Below, in pieces: positions 1 through 9,454 of a stretch of 58,799 nt of DNA. Positions within the stretch are counted from its first letter, which is position 1; every line of letters starts with the position of its first letter. This DNA comes from an uncultured Thalassovita sp. (GTDB lineage Bacteria > Bacteroidota > Bacteroidia > Cytophagales > Flammeovirgaceae). Location of the stretch: assembly GCA_937129345.1 (NCBI GenBank), contig CAKZMZ010000259.1, forward strand, positions 1-58,799, written 5' to 3'. The notes beneath the pieces were generated by a model. The model was not told the DNA's origin. It saw nothing but the letters and a program-made list of their open reading frames with translations, and did no database searches. A program made the translations under genes and the position numbers.

Positions 1-482
1 TCGCCATCTCCCTCAGAAATTATTTCATATTGTAGGCCGCTTTCTGTAGTAATAATACCTTCTTTTTGCTTGTTTTTAGCTAAAAAGGCTTCACCCTCGC
101 TTCTTAGTGCCGCCGAACGCTTTTCAGAGACTTCGTTTAAAAAAGTTTTGATCATGGCGCCAGCTTCCATGGGTTCCATTTTTTCTTCTCCATTCTTTAC
201 ATCTAAAAATGCTTGCTGAAAGCTTGGTACATGCAAAGAATCGATAAAACCTTGTTGTTTGATGTTTGAGGCGATGTTCATGGCCAAGGCATAGCTTATT
301 TGGTGCATGGCCACATTAAAATCGGTAGCTTCTTTTTGTAGGCTATCTTCTAGTGTGTTTATTCTTGATTTCGCTTCTGCCAACTCTGCCCTTAATTGTT
401 TCTTAGATTGCGCAGTGGCAGTTTGGGACAGTATGGCCACGGAAAACACGCAATAAAAAAATATAGATGTATAGAATTTCAT
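1..482 (-). CDS. FKBP-type peptidyl-prolyl cis-trans isomerase (FKBP_N domain), 3' end outside the window
   Basis: Manual translation from ATG at 482: signal peptide MKFYTSIFFYCVFSVAILSQTATAQ, then ISYALAMNIA...EGEAFLAKNKQKEGIITTESGLQYEIISEGDG, the typical FKBP_N/Mip signature. Absent from the ORF track because it runs off the edge. Confidence 0.9.
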   Translation of the reverse strand, partial: MKFYTSIFFYCVFSVAILSQTATAQSKKQLRAELAEAKSRINTLEDSLQKEATDFNVAMHQISYALAMNIASNIKQQGFIDSLHVPSFQQAFLDVKNGEEKMEPMEAGAMIKTFLNEVSEKRSAALRSEGEAFLAKNKQKEGIITTESGLQYEIISEGDG

Positions 483-685
483 TATTAGAAATGTTTGAGC
501 AAGCTTACTGATTGGGAAGAAAAAATATCGGCTTGCTGTTAAAATTAAAATTTAATTCTTGTGCAAAAAATCACTGCTAAAACTGCGAATATAAAGCGAG
601 GAGCATTGCAATATTATAAAAATAGTGGGTTTATTTGTGTTTTACTTTCTAATCCCAAGCGGAGCAAGTAAAAAAGGCTCCTAAC

Positions 686-715
686 AAAAAAAAGCCACAG
701 GTTATGTGGCTTTTT
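686..715 (-). terminator. Intrinsic terminator after rpmE
   Basis: AAAAAAAAGCCACA-ggtta-TGTGGCTTTTT hairpin about 20 nt past the rpmE stop. Confidence 0.75.
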
Positions 716-734
716 GGGAGAGTTACATTTAAGT

Positions 735-980
735 TTATTTCTTTTTGTAACGCTGATTAAATTTCTCAACCCTACCTGCACGGCTAACAAATGTATTTTT
801 ACCAGTGTAAAAAGGATGAGAAGCAGAGCTTATCTCTACTTTTACCAAAGGGTAAGTGTTGCCATCTTCCCACTCAATGGTGTCTGCTGTACTTACAGTT
901 GAGCGGGTCAAAAATTTAAAATCGCTACTTAAGTCTTGGAAAACTACGTCTCTGTATTCAGGATGGATATCTTTTTTCAT
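735..980 (-). CDS. rpmE: 50S ribosomal protein L31 type B (Zn-independent)
   Basis: [16 protein letters not shown]...[18 protein letters not shown]...[11 protein letters not shown]; 81 aa with no CxxC. Confidence 0.97.
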   Translation of the reverse strand: MKKDIHPEYRDVVFQDLSSDFKFLTRSTVSTADTIEWEDGNTYPLVKVEISSASHPFYTGKNTFVSRAGRVEKFNQRYKKK

Positions 981-1022
981 AATATATTAATTAAAATCGA
1001 ATGCCTTACTTTTTTGGGAATG

Positions 1023-1052
1023 CAAAGATAATGAAAATCAATTTTATACAAA
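1023..1052 (-). promoter_or_regulatory. Bacteroidota housekeeping-sigma promoter of rpmE
   Basis: Minus strand TTTG-N18-TATCTTTG, matching the -33 TTTG / -7 TAnnTTTG consensus, about 40 nt upstream of the ATG. Confidence 0.65.
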
Positions 1053-1117
1053 ACGGCTGTAATGATAATTTAAGGTGGGCAACTTGTTTAAAAGCTTTTT
1101 TTTCATTGTCGGCTTAC

Positions 1118-1149
1118 AAAAAAAAGTAGCACAGTTTAGAAAACTGTGC
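1118..1149 (-). terminator. Intrinsic terminator after ORF 1213..1518
   Basis: Stem GCACAGTTT-aga-AAACTGTGC with an A8 tract to its left, which is the U-tail on the minus strand. Confidence 0.55.
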
Positions 1150-1212
1150 CACAGTGTAACAATCAGTAGGGCTACATCGACTGTTTTAATTGATTCTCAG
1201 CACGAGAATTTT

Positions 1213-1518
1213 TTAGTTGAGGGCGTATGAGGCATAGAAAAATCTTTGATATTGTTTCTGTGCCGTTAAACCCTCTTCTTCTTGTAAAATATCAAGAATA
1301 GTATCTTTACTTATGTTGAAATCTGAGTATTGTATTTCTTTACATACATACTGAAACACATTAAGAAATGCGGTTTCATTAATGGTATTCTCTTCTGCTT
1401 TTTCATAATACTCTTGTTGTTTCATCAGTATGAACATGATGGCTGACTTTGGAATCCGCTTTCTAATGTTCCAAAAAATATTTTCTACGGTGTCAAAAGA
1501 TACAGAAAAAGTGTTCAT
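1213..1518 (-). CDS. Hypothetical protein (101 aa)
   Basis: ATG-started ORF with plausible composition and its own downstream terminator; no family recognised. Confidence 0.6.
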   Translation of the reverse strand: MNTFSVSFDTVENIFWNIRKRIPKSAIMFILMKQQEYYEKAEENTINETAFLNVFQYVCKEIQYSDFNISKDTILDILQEEEGLTAQKQYQRFFYASYALN

Positions 1519-2062
1519 CTTTTTAGCAATTGAGTTTGTATGTTCAAATATTGATTATAAAATCAACAAAATCAAATTTTATTGCTAATATTTTGAATAT
1601 TTTATTGATTAAACACCTAAGTGTATGATTATCACCTATTTATATTGTGTAAAATATTGGCATTTTTAAATAAGTATCTGTGAAAATATTTTAAAACAGG
1701 CTTTTACTAAATTGAGATGACGTGTTTTATTGCTCTATTAAGTCGATAAGTAAGCAGGTAGGTAATATTTTGAGCAGGACCTTGCTATTTTGATTTATAT
1801 GTTTAGCAGCTCAACTTAGTTGATGCATTGCCTCGATATGCTTGATTGCTAGTATAAACTCAAGAACTTTCTGAATACTGACTAGATTTTGATTTTTTTG
1901 AATTTCTTGAAAAGGAAATTAAAGAAAAAGAACGCTTTACAAAGTCATGTTTACTACAGTGCTTTCTAAAAGAAATGCATCTGCTCTTGCAGTTTTGCAA
2001 AAAAGTCTTTAGTAATGCCTTAAGTTTTAAGAATGGATCACGCCAACTCCTAAGTTTGTTTT

Positions 2063-2365
2063 ATGGATACGCTCAGCTTTTTTAAGTCTTCTTTAAAAGA
2101 ACCTCATCCCCCCTTGTCTTTAAGTAATGCCCTGCAGGCGCTTTGGTACGATGCCAACGGAGATTGGGATAAGGCACATGATTTAGCACAAATAGAAGAA
2201 AATGCAATAAGCAATTGGGTACATGCTTATCTGCATAGAAAGGAAGGAGATCAGTTTAATGCATCTTATTGGTACAGACGCGCGGATAAACCGGTTTGCA
2301 AACTTTCATTAGATGAAGAGTGGGAGCAAATCGCTGCTGAATTACTGAAAGATACTTCTGAATAA
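2063..2365 (+). CDS. Conserved hypothetical protein (TPR-like helical)
   Basis: LQALWYDANGDWDKAH...WVHAYLHRKEGDQFNASYWYRRA is a widely conserved small-protein motif. Confidence 0.85.
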   Translation: MDTLSFFKSSLKEPHPPLSLSNALQALWYDANGDWDKAHDLAQIEENAISNWVHAYLHRKEGDQFNASYWYRRADKPVCKLSLDEEWEQIAAELLKDTSE

Positions 2366-2367
2366 AA

Positions 2368-3831
2368 CTAGGCAAAAGCAAAGAAAATGAGCCATACGAT
2401 TATAAGTATGGGCAGTAGAAATGGTAGGGAGAACCTGATGATGTAACCAAAGAAAGAAGGCATTTGTATCCCGATTTGTTCTGCAATGGATTTTACCATA
2501 AAGTTAGGGCCGTTGCCTATATATGTCATTGCGCCAAAAAATACAGCGCCAATAGATATGGCCGTGAGTTGTATGATAGAGTCGTGGAAAGTGCCCATGC
2601 CATAAGCAAAGTTGACAACATCTGCCTTAACATTGATAGAGCCACCCTGAGAAGCTATGGCAGCCGTTAAAAAGTTGAGATAGGTGGGTGCATTATCTAA
2701 GAAGCCCGAAAGTAAACCTGTGCCCCAATACAAGGTGTTGTGAGATATCAACTCTCGCCCTGTTTCTGAAGAAGCAAAGCCTGCGACCAATTCTAAGGCT
2801 GGCATCATAGTACCGAAAATGCCCACAAATATGAATGCGACCTCTCTAATAGGCTCAAAATTAAATTCATTGCCCCTGAGTGCTTCCTTATCAGCAAATT
2901 TGAACGACATGTAGGCCACGGAAAGCATAATGAGCTCCCTTACAAAAGAAAAGTTCTGACCGTCATAGGGTATACTAGGAACCCATTCAAAACCTTTTAC
3001 ATTAGGATCTAAGAAAACCGCTGCTATGACCACGCCAAGCCACATAAAATTTTTGGCTCCTGTTACTTTTATTTTTTGAGAATACTGTTCTTGTTCATCG
3101 GCAAACAAGGGGTTTACCTCTTTGTTCCGTTTATCAAATACATAGAAAATAAGGCAAAAGAGTACAATGGTAAAAATCCAAGGCAAAAAGTTATGCGATA
3201 GTGTCCAGCTAAAGGGAACGCCCTTCAAAAATCCTAAAAACAATGGAGGATCCCCAATAGGAGTAAGCGAGCCACCAATGTTACTTACAATAAAGATAAA
3301 AAATACGATGTGATAAGGCTGAATACGGCTTTTATTGAGTCTAATAAACGGTCTGATAAGTAGCATGGAGGCGCCAGTGGTCCCGATAATATTGGAAATG
3401 ACCGCACCTATAAATAATAAAATGGCATTGATCAAAGGCCTGCCTTTTTTATCTATTTCTATGAGTATACCTCCCGAGGCAATATAGAGAGAAGATAGCA
3501 GCGCTATAAATTGAAAATACTCAAACAGTGCATGTATAGGGCCATGTGTGTTATGAAGGACGAACAAATAATAACCAACTACGATTACAGCCAGTACGAC
3601 CGCAACCTTGGGATAGTTCTTGTGCCAAAAATGCTCATAAAATAAAGGACCTGTCGCTATCATGACCAACAACACAACAAAGGGGATCACTGACCAAGCG
3701 GAGGGCATATGATGGGCATCTTCACCACCTCCTTCTGAAACCACTTCTATTAAACTATTGGCAAATAAATCGTTTATTGGGAGGCTAAAGAGGCAAACTG
3801 ATATAAAAATGAGTGCCAGTAGTTTCTTCAT
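2368..3831 (-). CDS. Sodium:proton antiporter / putative citrate transporter (IT superfamily)
   Basis: About 12 TM segments; motifs IGTTGASMLLIRP, SNIGGSLTPIGDPPLFLGFLKGV, SGFLDNAPTY, GAMTYIGNGPNFMVK. Confidence 0.88.
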   Translation of the reverse strand: MKKLLALIFISVCLFSLPINDLFANSLIEVVSEGGGEDAHHMPSAWSVIPFVVLLVMIATGPLFYEHFWHKNYPKVAVVLAVIVVGYYLFVLHNTHGPIHALFEYFQFIALLSSLYIASGGILIEIDKKGRPLINAILLFIGAVISNIIGTTGASMLLIRPFIRLNKSRIQPYHIVFFIFIVSNIGGSLTPIGDPPLFLGFLKGVPFSWTLSHNFLPWIFTIVLFCLIFYVFDKRNKEVNPLFADEQEQYSQKIKVTGAKNFMWLGVVIAAVFLDPNVKGFEWVPSIPYDGQNFSFVRELIMLSVAYMSFKFADKEALRGNEFNFEPIREVAFIFVGIFGTMMPALELVAGFASSETGRELISHNTLYWGTGLLSGFLDNAPTYLNFLTAAIASQGGSINVKADVVNFAYGMGTFHDSIIQLTAISIGAVFFGAMTYIGNGPNFMVKSIAEQIGIQMPSFFGYIIRFSLPFLLPILIIVWLIFFAFA

Positions 3832-4044
3832 TATGAGAATTTACTTTTTGCCCGAAAAATAGAAAAATGTTGAGCTAATTCAAAGATTAGTGTACAATTT
3901 TAAGAATTTCTTGGAATATTATAATTTTTTAACTAAGAGGGTTAAAAGCTACCGTTTTTGAGTGAGGCATATCGAAATATACTGACGTAGGAAATGACTT
4001 ATCACATAAAAATTTGCATGCATTTAAATAAGCAATGCAATGGG

Positions 4045-4632
4045 TCAACATTTTTCTATAAAGTTTTTTAAAATGGTGGCGCCAACTGTGCTGCTTTTTT
4101 CGGGATGAAATTGGGAAGCATAAAAGTTATCTTTGTGTAGGCTGGCACTAAAAGGCACACCATAGTCTGCGGTGGCTATCGTATGTGCGCTCAATTCAGT
4201 ATAATAACTATGTACAAAATACACATAAGCGTCTTCGTCTAGTGCTTCGAATAGAGGACTTTTAAGCGAGTGTATGTTGTTCCAACCTATTTGAGGAACT
4301 TTTTGGTTTTGCGTCGGAAATTTCTTGACATCCAAATCAAATACCCCAAGGCACGGCGTATTATTTTCTTCTGAGTACTTGCAAAGAAGTTGCTGACCTA
4401 CGCAAATGCCAAATACAGGTTGCTTTAATTGGGGGATTAGCTTATCGAGGTTTTTGGCTTTTAAGCTGCGCATGGCAGCATTGGCCTCACCCACACCCGG
4501 GAAAATCACTTTATCTGCTTTTTGTAAGACTTCGTGGTCGTCTGTAAGCACGGGTTCTATGCCAAGTCTGTTGAGCGCGTAGATGACCGATTGAATGTTG
4601 CCCGCATTATATTTAACCAATGCTATTTCCAT
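4045..4632 (-). CDS. hisH: Imidazole glycerol phosphate synthase subunit HisH
   Basis: YNAGNIQSV, FPGVG, GICVG (catalytic Cys), YFVHSY, QFHPEKS. Confidence 0.96.
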   Translation of the reverse strand: MEIALVKYNAGNIQSVIYALNRLGIEPVLTDDHEVLQKADKVIFPGVGEANAAMRSLKAKNLDKLIPQLKQPVFGICVGQQLLCKYSEENNTPCLGVFDLDVKKFPTQNQKVPQIGWNNIHSLKSPLFEALDEDAYVYFVHSYYTELSAHTIATADYGVPFSASLHKDNFYASQFHPEKSSTVGATILKNFIEKC

Positions 4633-4784
4633 AAGAAGTTTTTTTGCTAGAGAAATCCTTTATTAAAAAGCAGTTTCTGATAGAAAAAATCTATACTTGA
4701 TAAGTACGTAGATCCCTTACGTATCTCGCTTTTTACTTTGGGGCAAAAGTACTAACTTGTATTATAACCCTAAATTTTTTTCCT

Positions 4785-5339
4785 ATGAAAACACTCAAAA
4801 AAATCGGCATAGTCCTAGGTATCATTATCTTGTTGTTTTTATTGATTGGAGTGTTCTTGCCTACAGATTTTGGCATGCAGCGCCAAATAGTGATCAATGC
4901 TCCTTTAAACGCGGTTTTTGAAGAAGTGAACGATTTTAGAAATTGGGAGAAATGGTCTCCTTTTGCAGCGGCCGATCCTAGCATGAAGGTTACTTACGGA
5001 AATAAAACTAGCGGATCTGGCGCTAATTATACTTGGCAAGGTGAGGTCTCAGGCACAGGAGAGCAACATATTTTGGCATCGGTAACCAACGAAAGAATAG
5101 AAACAAAGATTGCATTTACAGATCAAGGCAGCGAGTCTATTGGCTATGGGTATTGGACTTTTAAAGAAGTACCTGAAGGAGTAGAAGTTACTTGGGCTTT
5201 TACGTCTTCTGCCAACTCTTACTTTGAAAAATACTTTGGTGCTCTTATAGATCCCTTTTTAGGTGGTACTTTTGAAGATGGTCTCGCCCGATTGAAAAAA
5301 GTAAGCGAGAGCAAAACAAAAGGTATGAGTGTGAATTGA
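4785..5339 (+). CDS. SRPBCC (polyketide cyclase-like) family protein with N-terminal membrane anchor
   Basis: N-terminal TM; RQIVINAP...VNDFRNWEKWSPF...GANYTWQG...FEDGLARLKK. Confidence 0.88.
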   Translation: MKTLKKIGIVLGIIILLFLLIGVFLPTDFGMQRQIVINAPLNAVFEEVNDFRNWEKWSPFAAADPSMKVTYGNKTSGSGANYTWQGEVSGTGEQHILASVTNERIETKIAFTDQGSESIGYGYWTFKEVPEGVEVTWAFTSSANSYFEKYFGALIDPFLGGTFEDGLARLKKVSESKTKGMSVN

Positions 5340-5372
5340 GACGATTCTCTGTTCTATGCTACATTCATTTTT

Positions 5373-5427
5373 GCAAAAGCCCATGGCTTAAGGCTCGACT
5401 TGCGCGAGCTAAGACATGGGCTTTTGC
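5373..5427. repeat. Long palindrome between convergent genes (bidirectional terminator / REP-like)
   Basis: GCAAAAGCCCATG...GCTCG-acttgcg-CGAGC...CATGGGCTTTTGC; 13-bp perfect outer stem. Confidence 0.7.
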
Positions 5428-5462
5428 TTTTAATTAAACACTGATTTTTTTATGTTTTAGTA

Positions 5463-6503
5463 TTACCGGCCATTTTGCTGTAGATAAGTGGATAGCGGTA
5501 CCGGCTCGTTATTTTGTGCCCAATTGCTAACCGCATTGTAAGAAGCCGTTGAAGTGGCCGAGCTAAAATCGAAAACCCCGTAATAGGGCAAATTGGCAAT
5601 ATTTGGCGCATACACATAGCAGCGGGCAGCTAGTTCTGGATAGTTGGTCCTTATCCTCACTAAATCATCAAGAAAACCTGCTTGAGATAGTTCGTCGGTA
5701 TCAAAACCGGCTTTTTGTAGAGAAAGCTCCAATATGTTTTCTCTAAGGCCAGTAATGCCCAAAAAGTCTACTTCTCTATCCCACTGAGTAACGGTGTTTT
5801 TTTGGTAAGTAACTATGTAAACCGTATCAAAAGGGCTGCCCCTTAATTGCTGATATTGCATGGCAGCATTGATCGGGATGTTTTCAACCAAACCTCCATC
5901 TACATAAATATTATCGTTGATTTTGATGGAAGGGAACGCAATAGGGAAAGAGGTGGTCGCCATAAGCGATTCAACCAAGTCGCCGCCTACCTCATCCATT
6001 TCGGTTACATTAGAAGATACCTCAATAGTTAAAAGGTCTAGGTTGGTGCTTGTAAGCGCAGTTGGAAATATAAGGTCATCGAAAGAATCATAGTTGAGGT
6101 TATCTAGCAGGCCTCCTTCAAAAGTATTCCATAATGGCCGTGTATCTACGGGTAAATCGTTTCTTGAATTATCCAGAACATCTTGGTTACTCAAATTGAG
6201 GATAATGTCTTTGTATTCTTCAAAACCAAAATTATTGCTTTCATCTAAAATACCGTTCAGCATTACTGCATTAATTCCACCTGAGCTTACACCGGCAATA
6301 AATTCAAGGTCTTCTAAACGGTCTTGTTCTTCTAGGCGCTCAATAAGTGCCAATTGTTGGTTTATACGTGCTGCTGCACCTGTAATTACCAAGGCAGTGC
6401 CTGAGGGTGTGCCATTTGTTTCTTGCAAAACAGGGAGTTCGGGCTCTTCACAGCTGCTAAGAGCGATCGTGAGCAGTGAAAGATAAAAAAATAGAGGTTT
6501 CAT
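5463..6503 (-). CDS. Patatin-like phospholipase family lipoprotein
   Basis: Lipobox LSSC; TGAAAR Gly-loop, GVSSG nucleophile elbow, SFPIAFP, YVDGG catalytic Asp. Confidence 0.85.
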   Translation of the reverse strand: MKPLFFYLSLLTIALSSCEEPELPVLQETNGTPSGTALVITGAAARINQQLALIERLEEQDRLEDLEFIAGVSSGGINAVMLNGILDESNNFGFEEYKDIILNLSNQDVLDNSRNDLPVDTRPLWNTFEGGLLDNLNYDSFDDLIFPTALTSTNLDLLTIEVSSNVTEMDEVGGDLVESLMATTSFPIAFPSIKINDNIYVDGGLVENIPINAAMQYQQLRGSPFDTVYIVTYQKNTVTQWDREVDFLGITGLRENILELSLQKAGFDTDELSQAGFLDDLVRIRTNYPELAARCYVYAPNIANLPYYGVFDFSSATSTASYNAVSNWAQNNEPVPLSTYLQQNGR

Positions 6504-6551
6504 ATATCTGAGGAAAATCTTTAAAGTTCGAGATTAAATATTTTTGATGTG

Positions 6552-7112
6552 TCAATCTAGTTTCTTTCTAAAAGCAAATTCTAGCTTAAAGCTTAGAGAG
6601 GATATTCTAGCGGCAATAAAGTCATTGTCCTCCAGAATGGAATTGTTGCGGAACTGATTGTTGTAAGCCAAGGAGGCCTTTAGTTTGCCAAGTCGGTAGC
6701 CGATGCCAAGGCCATAATAGGCACCGCTCGTTAGGAAAAAAGAATAGCCTCCGTCTAACCTAATAAAAGGGCTGTTCTTGTTTTTAGAGAATTTGTAATC
6801 GTAGCGAAGATGTATGGGTAGTGCCAAAGAGAAAATTCTTTGATAATATACGATATCAGCAGCCAATGCCAAGGTATGCCTAAGCCCAAAGTCTACATTG
6901 ATTTGCCCTGAAAGTTCTGGAGAAGGGTAAAATTTGGGGGACCACATCCTTTCTAGTTCTCCCTCAGTTAAAAAACCTGGCTCTAATAAAAAAGTGCTTT
7001 GATTTACACCCACCGCAATAGAATAGTACTTTTTGATTTGGGCATTTGCACGGTATCCACTTGCTAAATACAAAAAAGAGATTGCTGAGAAGATAAATAA
7101 GAATTGTTTCAT
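6552..7112 (-). CDS. Hypothetical small outer-membrane beta-barrel protein
   Basis: Signal peptide ending ANA-Q; alternating beta-strand pattern (PFIRLDGGYSF, GLGIGYR); terminal strand LSFKLEFAF. Confidence 0.6.
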   Translation of the reverse strand: MKQFLFIFSAISFLYLASGYRANAQIKKYYSIAVGVNQSTFLLEPGFLTEGELERMWSPKFYPSPELSGQINVDFGLRHTLALAADIVYYQRIFSLALPIHLRYDYKFSKNKNSPFIRLDGGYSFFLTSGAYYGLGIGYRLGKLKASLAYNNQFRNNSILEDNDFIAARISSLSFKLEFAFRKKLD

Positions 7113-7439
7113 GAAATGCTTTTTTTGCCGCCAAAAAGACCCAATAGTGTAAAGATTGATGCGGCGATTTGACCGAATAAACAGTTAAAAAAATTTATGT
7201 GACTTCTAAAAAAGGTATTTCAATAATAAGAAAAATCGGGCAAAATATTTTTCAAGCGCTAAAAAACTAAGCTTATTTTTAATCTGTCTGGCCTTGTGTT
7301 TAATGGCTACATGCAAAAGGCTTTATCTTTAATTGATAATTTTTGAGCTTTGGTTGAATAAATTTCCCTGCTTTGAGCCCGCCCTTTTTATTTGTTCGCA
7401 AGCTGATCGGCTATTTTCAAAAACTTAAAATCGAACAAA

Positions 7440-8423
7440 ATGAAGTATTATAAGAATTTTTTGGAGAACAACAAGCGATGGTTATTTATTGGACTTGGCC
7501 TAGTATTGATAAGCGCAACGGCGGCTAATTTAGTGCGGCAAAAGCATCGCTCGGGTATGCGTTGGATGCCCAAAGAAGAAGTCAAGGCCTATTTTGAAGC
7601 CAATATTTTACCTGTGCTAAAAGACTACCGAACAGCATTAGATGCAGCGCTTTCCTCAGAAGAAAAACAGAATATTGAGGAAATTAGAACAAACTTAAAG
7701 GCTTTAAAAGAAAGTAAGCGGGCACTAGGCAAAAGCCTTAGAGAAAAGAGAAAAAACGGCGAGGAGCTGACAATGGAAGAACGTGCTAACCTGCGGGCCA
7801 CCATGCGCGAAATGCGTCAGTTGATGCAAAAAGCTTGGAACATTACCGATGCGCACAGCGACTTTTACGACAACATGTTTGAGGCTACAGAAACACAAAG
7901 AGAACAGTGGCGGGCAGATATTTTCGAATTAGTAAAAACGCATAGAGCAGAAGTTAGCCTTGACAAAAAAGGCTTAAATGACAAGTTGTCCGGAGGGAAA
8001 GGACATAGAAGAAAACCACGACTAAGAGAAGAACACAAAGGGCCACATGGTACACAATTGGGAAGAGGTCCTGGGCCATTGGCTATGCTTGGGTCTCAGT
8101 CAGAGGTGTTTTTTTTACTATGGAACCCCGATGAGCCTTTTTTTACAGAAGAAGAAAAAGCGGAATTGGAAGATGGTTTCACAATCTATCCAAACCCTGC
8201 TTATGGTGGCTCTAACCTTACGTACAAAGTGTTACAAGCAGGAAAGGTAAATATTGCGTTTATTGACTCCAAAGGCGAAATTTTATTGACCTTATTAGAT
8301 GAAGAAAGAGAAGCAGGAGAGTATAATTTAAACAATGATGTGAGCAGTTTGCAAGAGGGGGTTTATTTCTACAAAATCACTACTGCTTCTGGAACCACCA
8401 CTAAAAGATTTGTAAAGAAGTAA
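7440..8423 (+). CDS. T9SS type A sorting-domain protein with a helical, Spy/CpxP-like N-terminal region
   Basis: C-terminal IYPNP...LQEGVYFYKITTASGTTTKRFVKK is a type A CTD; the N-terminal region is charged and helical. Confidence 0.85.
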   Translation: MKYYKNFLENNKRWLFIGLGLVLISATAANLVRQKHRSGMRWMPKEEVKAYFEANILPVLKDYRTALDAALSSEEKQNIEEIRTNLKALKESKRALGKSLREKRKNGEELTMEERANLRATMREMRQLMQKAWNITDAHSDFYDNMFEATETQREQWRADIFELVKTHRAEVSLDKKGLNDKLSGGKGHRRKPRLREEHKGPHGTQLGRGPGPLAMLGSQSEVFFLLWNPDEPFFTEEEKAELEDGFTIYPNPAYGGSNLTYKVLQAGKVNIAFIDSKGEILLTLLDEEREAGEYNLNNDVSSLQEGVYFYKITTASGTTTKRFVKK

Positions 8424-8444
8424 TTGTTTAGATGTCATCCCTGA

Positions 8445-8505
8445 ACTTGCAGTCCGCGACTTGCAGTCCGCGAATTAAGTCATGGACTGCAAGTCGCGGA
8501 CTGCA
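8445..8505. repeat. REP-like palindromic element
   Basis: ACTTGCAGTCCGCG twice in tandem (8445-8472); perfect 22-bp inverted repeat 8448-8469 / 8484-8505. Confidence 0.8.
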
Positions 8506-8524
8506 TGTCGTGGGTCAAATATTT

Positions 8525-9454
8525 TTACAAATTCTTTATAGCTTCCATGATTCCTAAGGTTTCGTCTTTGCGTTTTACGACCAATAAGGGTGCCTCATTT
8601 TGTTTATTGATCATGCGCTCGGCAAAGCTACCCAAAAAAATACTGGCAGCAAAAGTACGGCCTTTAGAACCAATAATAATGAGTTTGGCCTGCAGGCTTT
8701 CTGCTGTGTTTTTAACTAAAGTAGCCGTGTCGTTGTGCTTATCAAGAGAAAAAATGGGCGTAACCATGGTTTTCTCCCCAAAATCTATCCGCTTACAAAA
8801 CTCCTGATAGCGTTTTATAGCATGCTTTTTCATTATTCTGGCAAATTCTTCAAAAGATTTGCCTGTTTTATGATAACCCACCGGTACCGTGTAGATATTT
8901 TGACTGTAAATAGTGGTTTCTGGATTGGCTACTGCAAATTCCAATGCCTTCTGCATAGAAAGTTCTGAGTTAACAGAAAAGTCATTACACACCAAAATGC
9001 TGTCTATGTGATTGTTGCTGTGCTCAGGCACAATGAGTACAGAACAAGTGGCCCTCCTAGCAAACCGAGTGAGAAAGATTCCGCTTCCCTTAGAAGATTT
9101 CCTTCCTAAAACTGCCAAATCCACCTCTTTGATCTTTGCCCAATGCAACATTTGTGGCAGTAACGACCCTTCTACGACCATAAACTCACACTCAAATTGC
9201 TCATGCTCAGGAAAAGATTCGGCTACGGTCTTGGCCATTTCTTTCTTCAGATATTCATCATATGGCTCCACATCGCCATAAAGTTCTTTTCTTACCTCTT
9301 CAGGCAAGTCCAGGTTATCATTTATGTGAACAAAATAAACCTTTTGAGGCTGGTTATAGCGGCACAGGGCTGCTGTGTGTTCCAAAATATGCTTGTCGGT
9401 ATTTGTAAAGTCTATCCCTATTAAAAGGCGGTTAAATAAGGCCATGGTACTCAT
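8525..9454 (-). CDS. Universal stress protein (tandem USP domains)
   Basis: RLLIGIDFT...DLAVLG...CSVLIVP and ILVCNDFS...LIIIGSKGRT...FLGSFAERMI...PLLVV; likely start is ATG 9454 or 9445 rather than 9565. Confidence 0.92.
   Translation of the reverse strand: MSTMALFNRLLIGIDFTNTDKHILEHTAALCRYNQPQKVYFVHINDNLDLPEEVRKELYGDVEPYDEYLKKEMAKTVAESFPEHEQFECEFMVVEGSLLPQMLHWAKIKEVDLAVLGRKSSKGSGIFLTRFARRATCSVLIVPEHSNNHIDSILVCNDFSVNSELSMQKALEFAVANPETTIYSQNIYTVPVGYHKTGKSFEEFARIMKKHAIKRYQEFCKRIDFGEKTMVTPIFSLDKHNDTATLVKNTAESLQAKLIIIGSKGRTFAASIFLGSFAERMINKQNEAPLLVVKRKDETLGIMEAIKNL

Noticed and set aside
714-902. Plus-strand 62-aa ORF
   Set aside because: Antisense to rpmE and overlaps its terminator
1551-1566. 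FNR/CRP-like box TTGAT...ATCAA
   Set aside because: The spacer is 6 nt rather than the canonical 4; kept only as a generic palindrome
1600-2060. Possible sRNA or riboswitch in long intergenic regions (also 9460-9990 and 7113-7439)
   Set aside because: No recognisable Rfam-like motif, strong hairpin or terminator seen by eye; a covariance-model search would be needed
8445-8505. Possible CRISPR mini-array, also considered for 57272-57465
   Set aside because: No 28-47 nt direct repeats separated by unique spacers of regular length, and no cas genes
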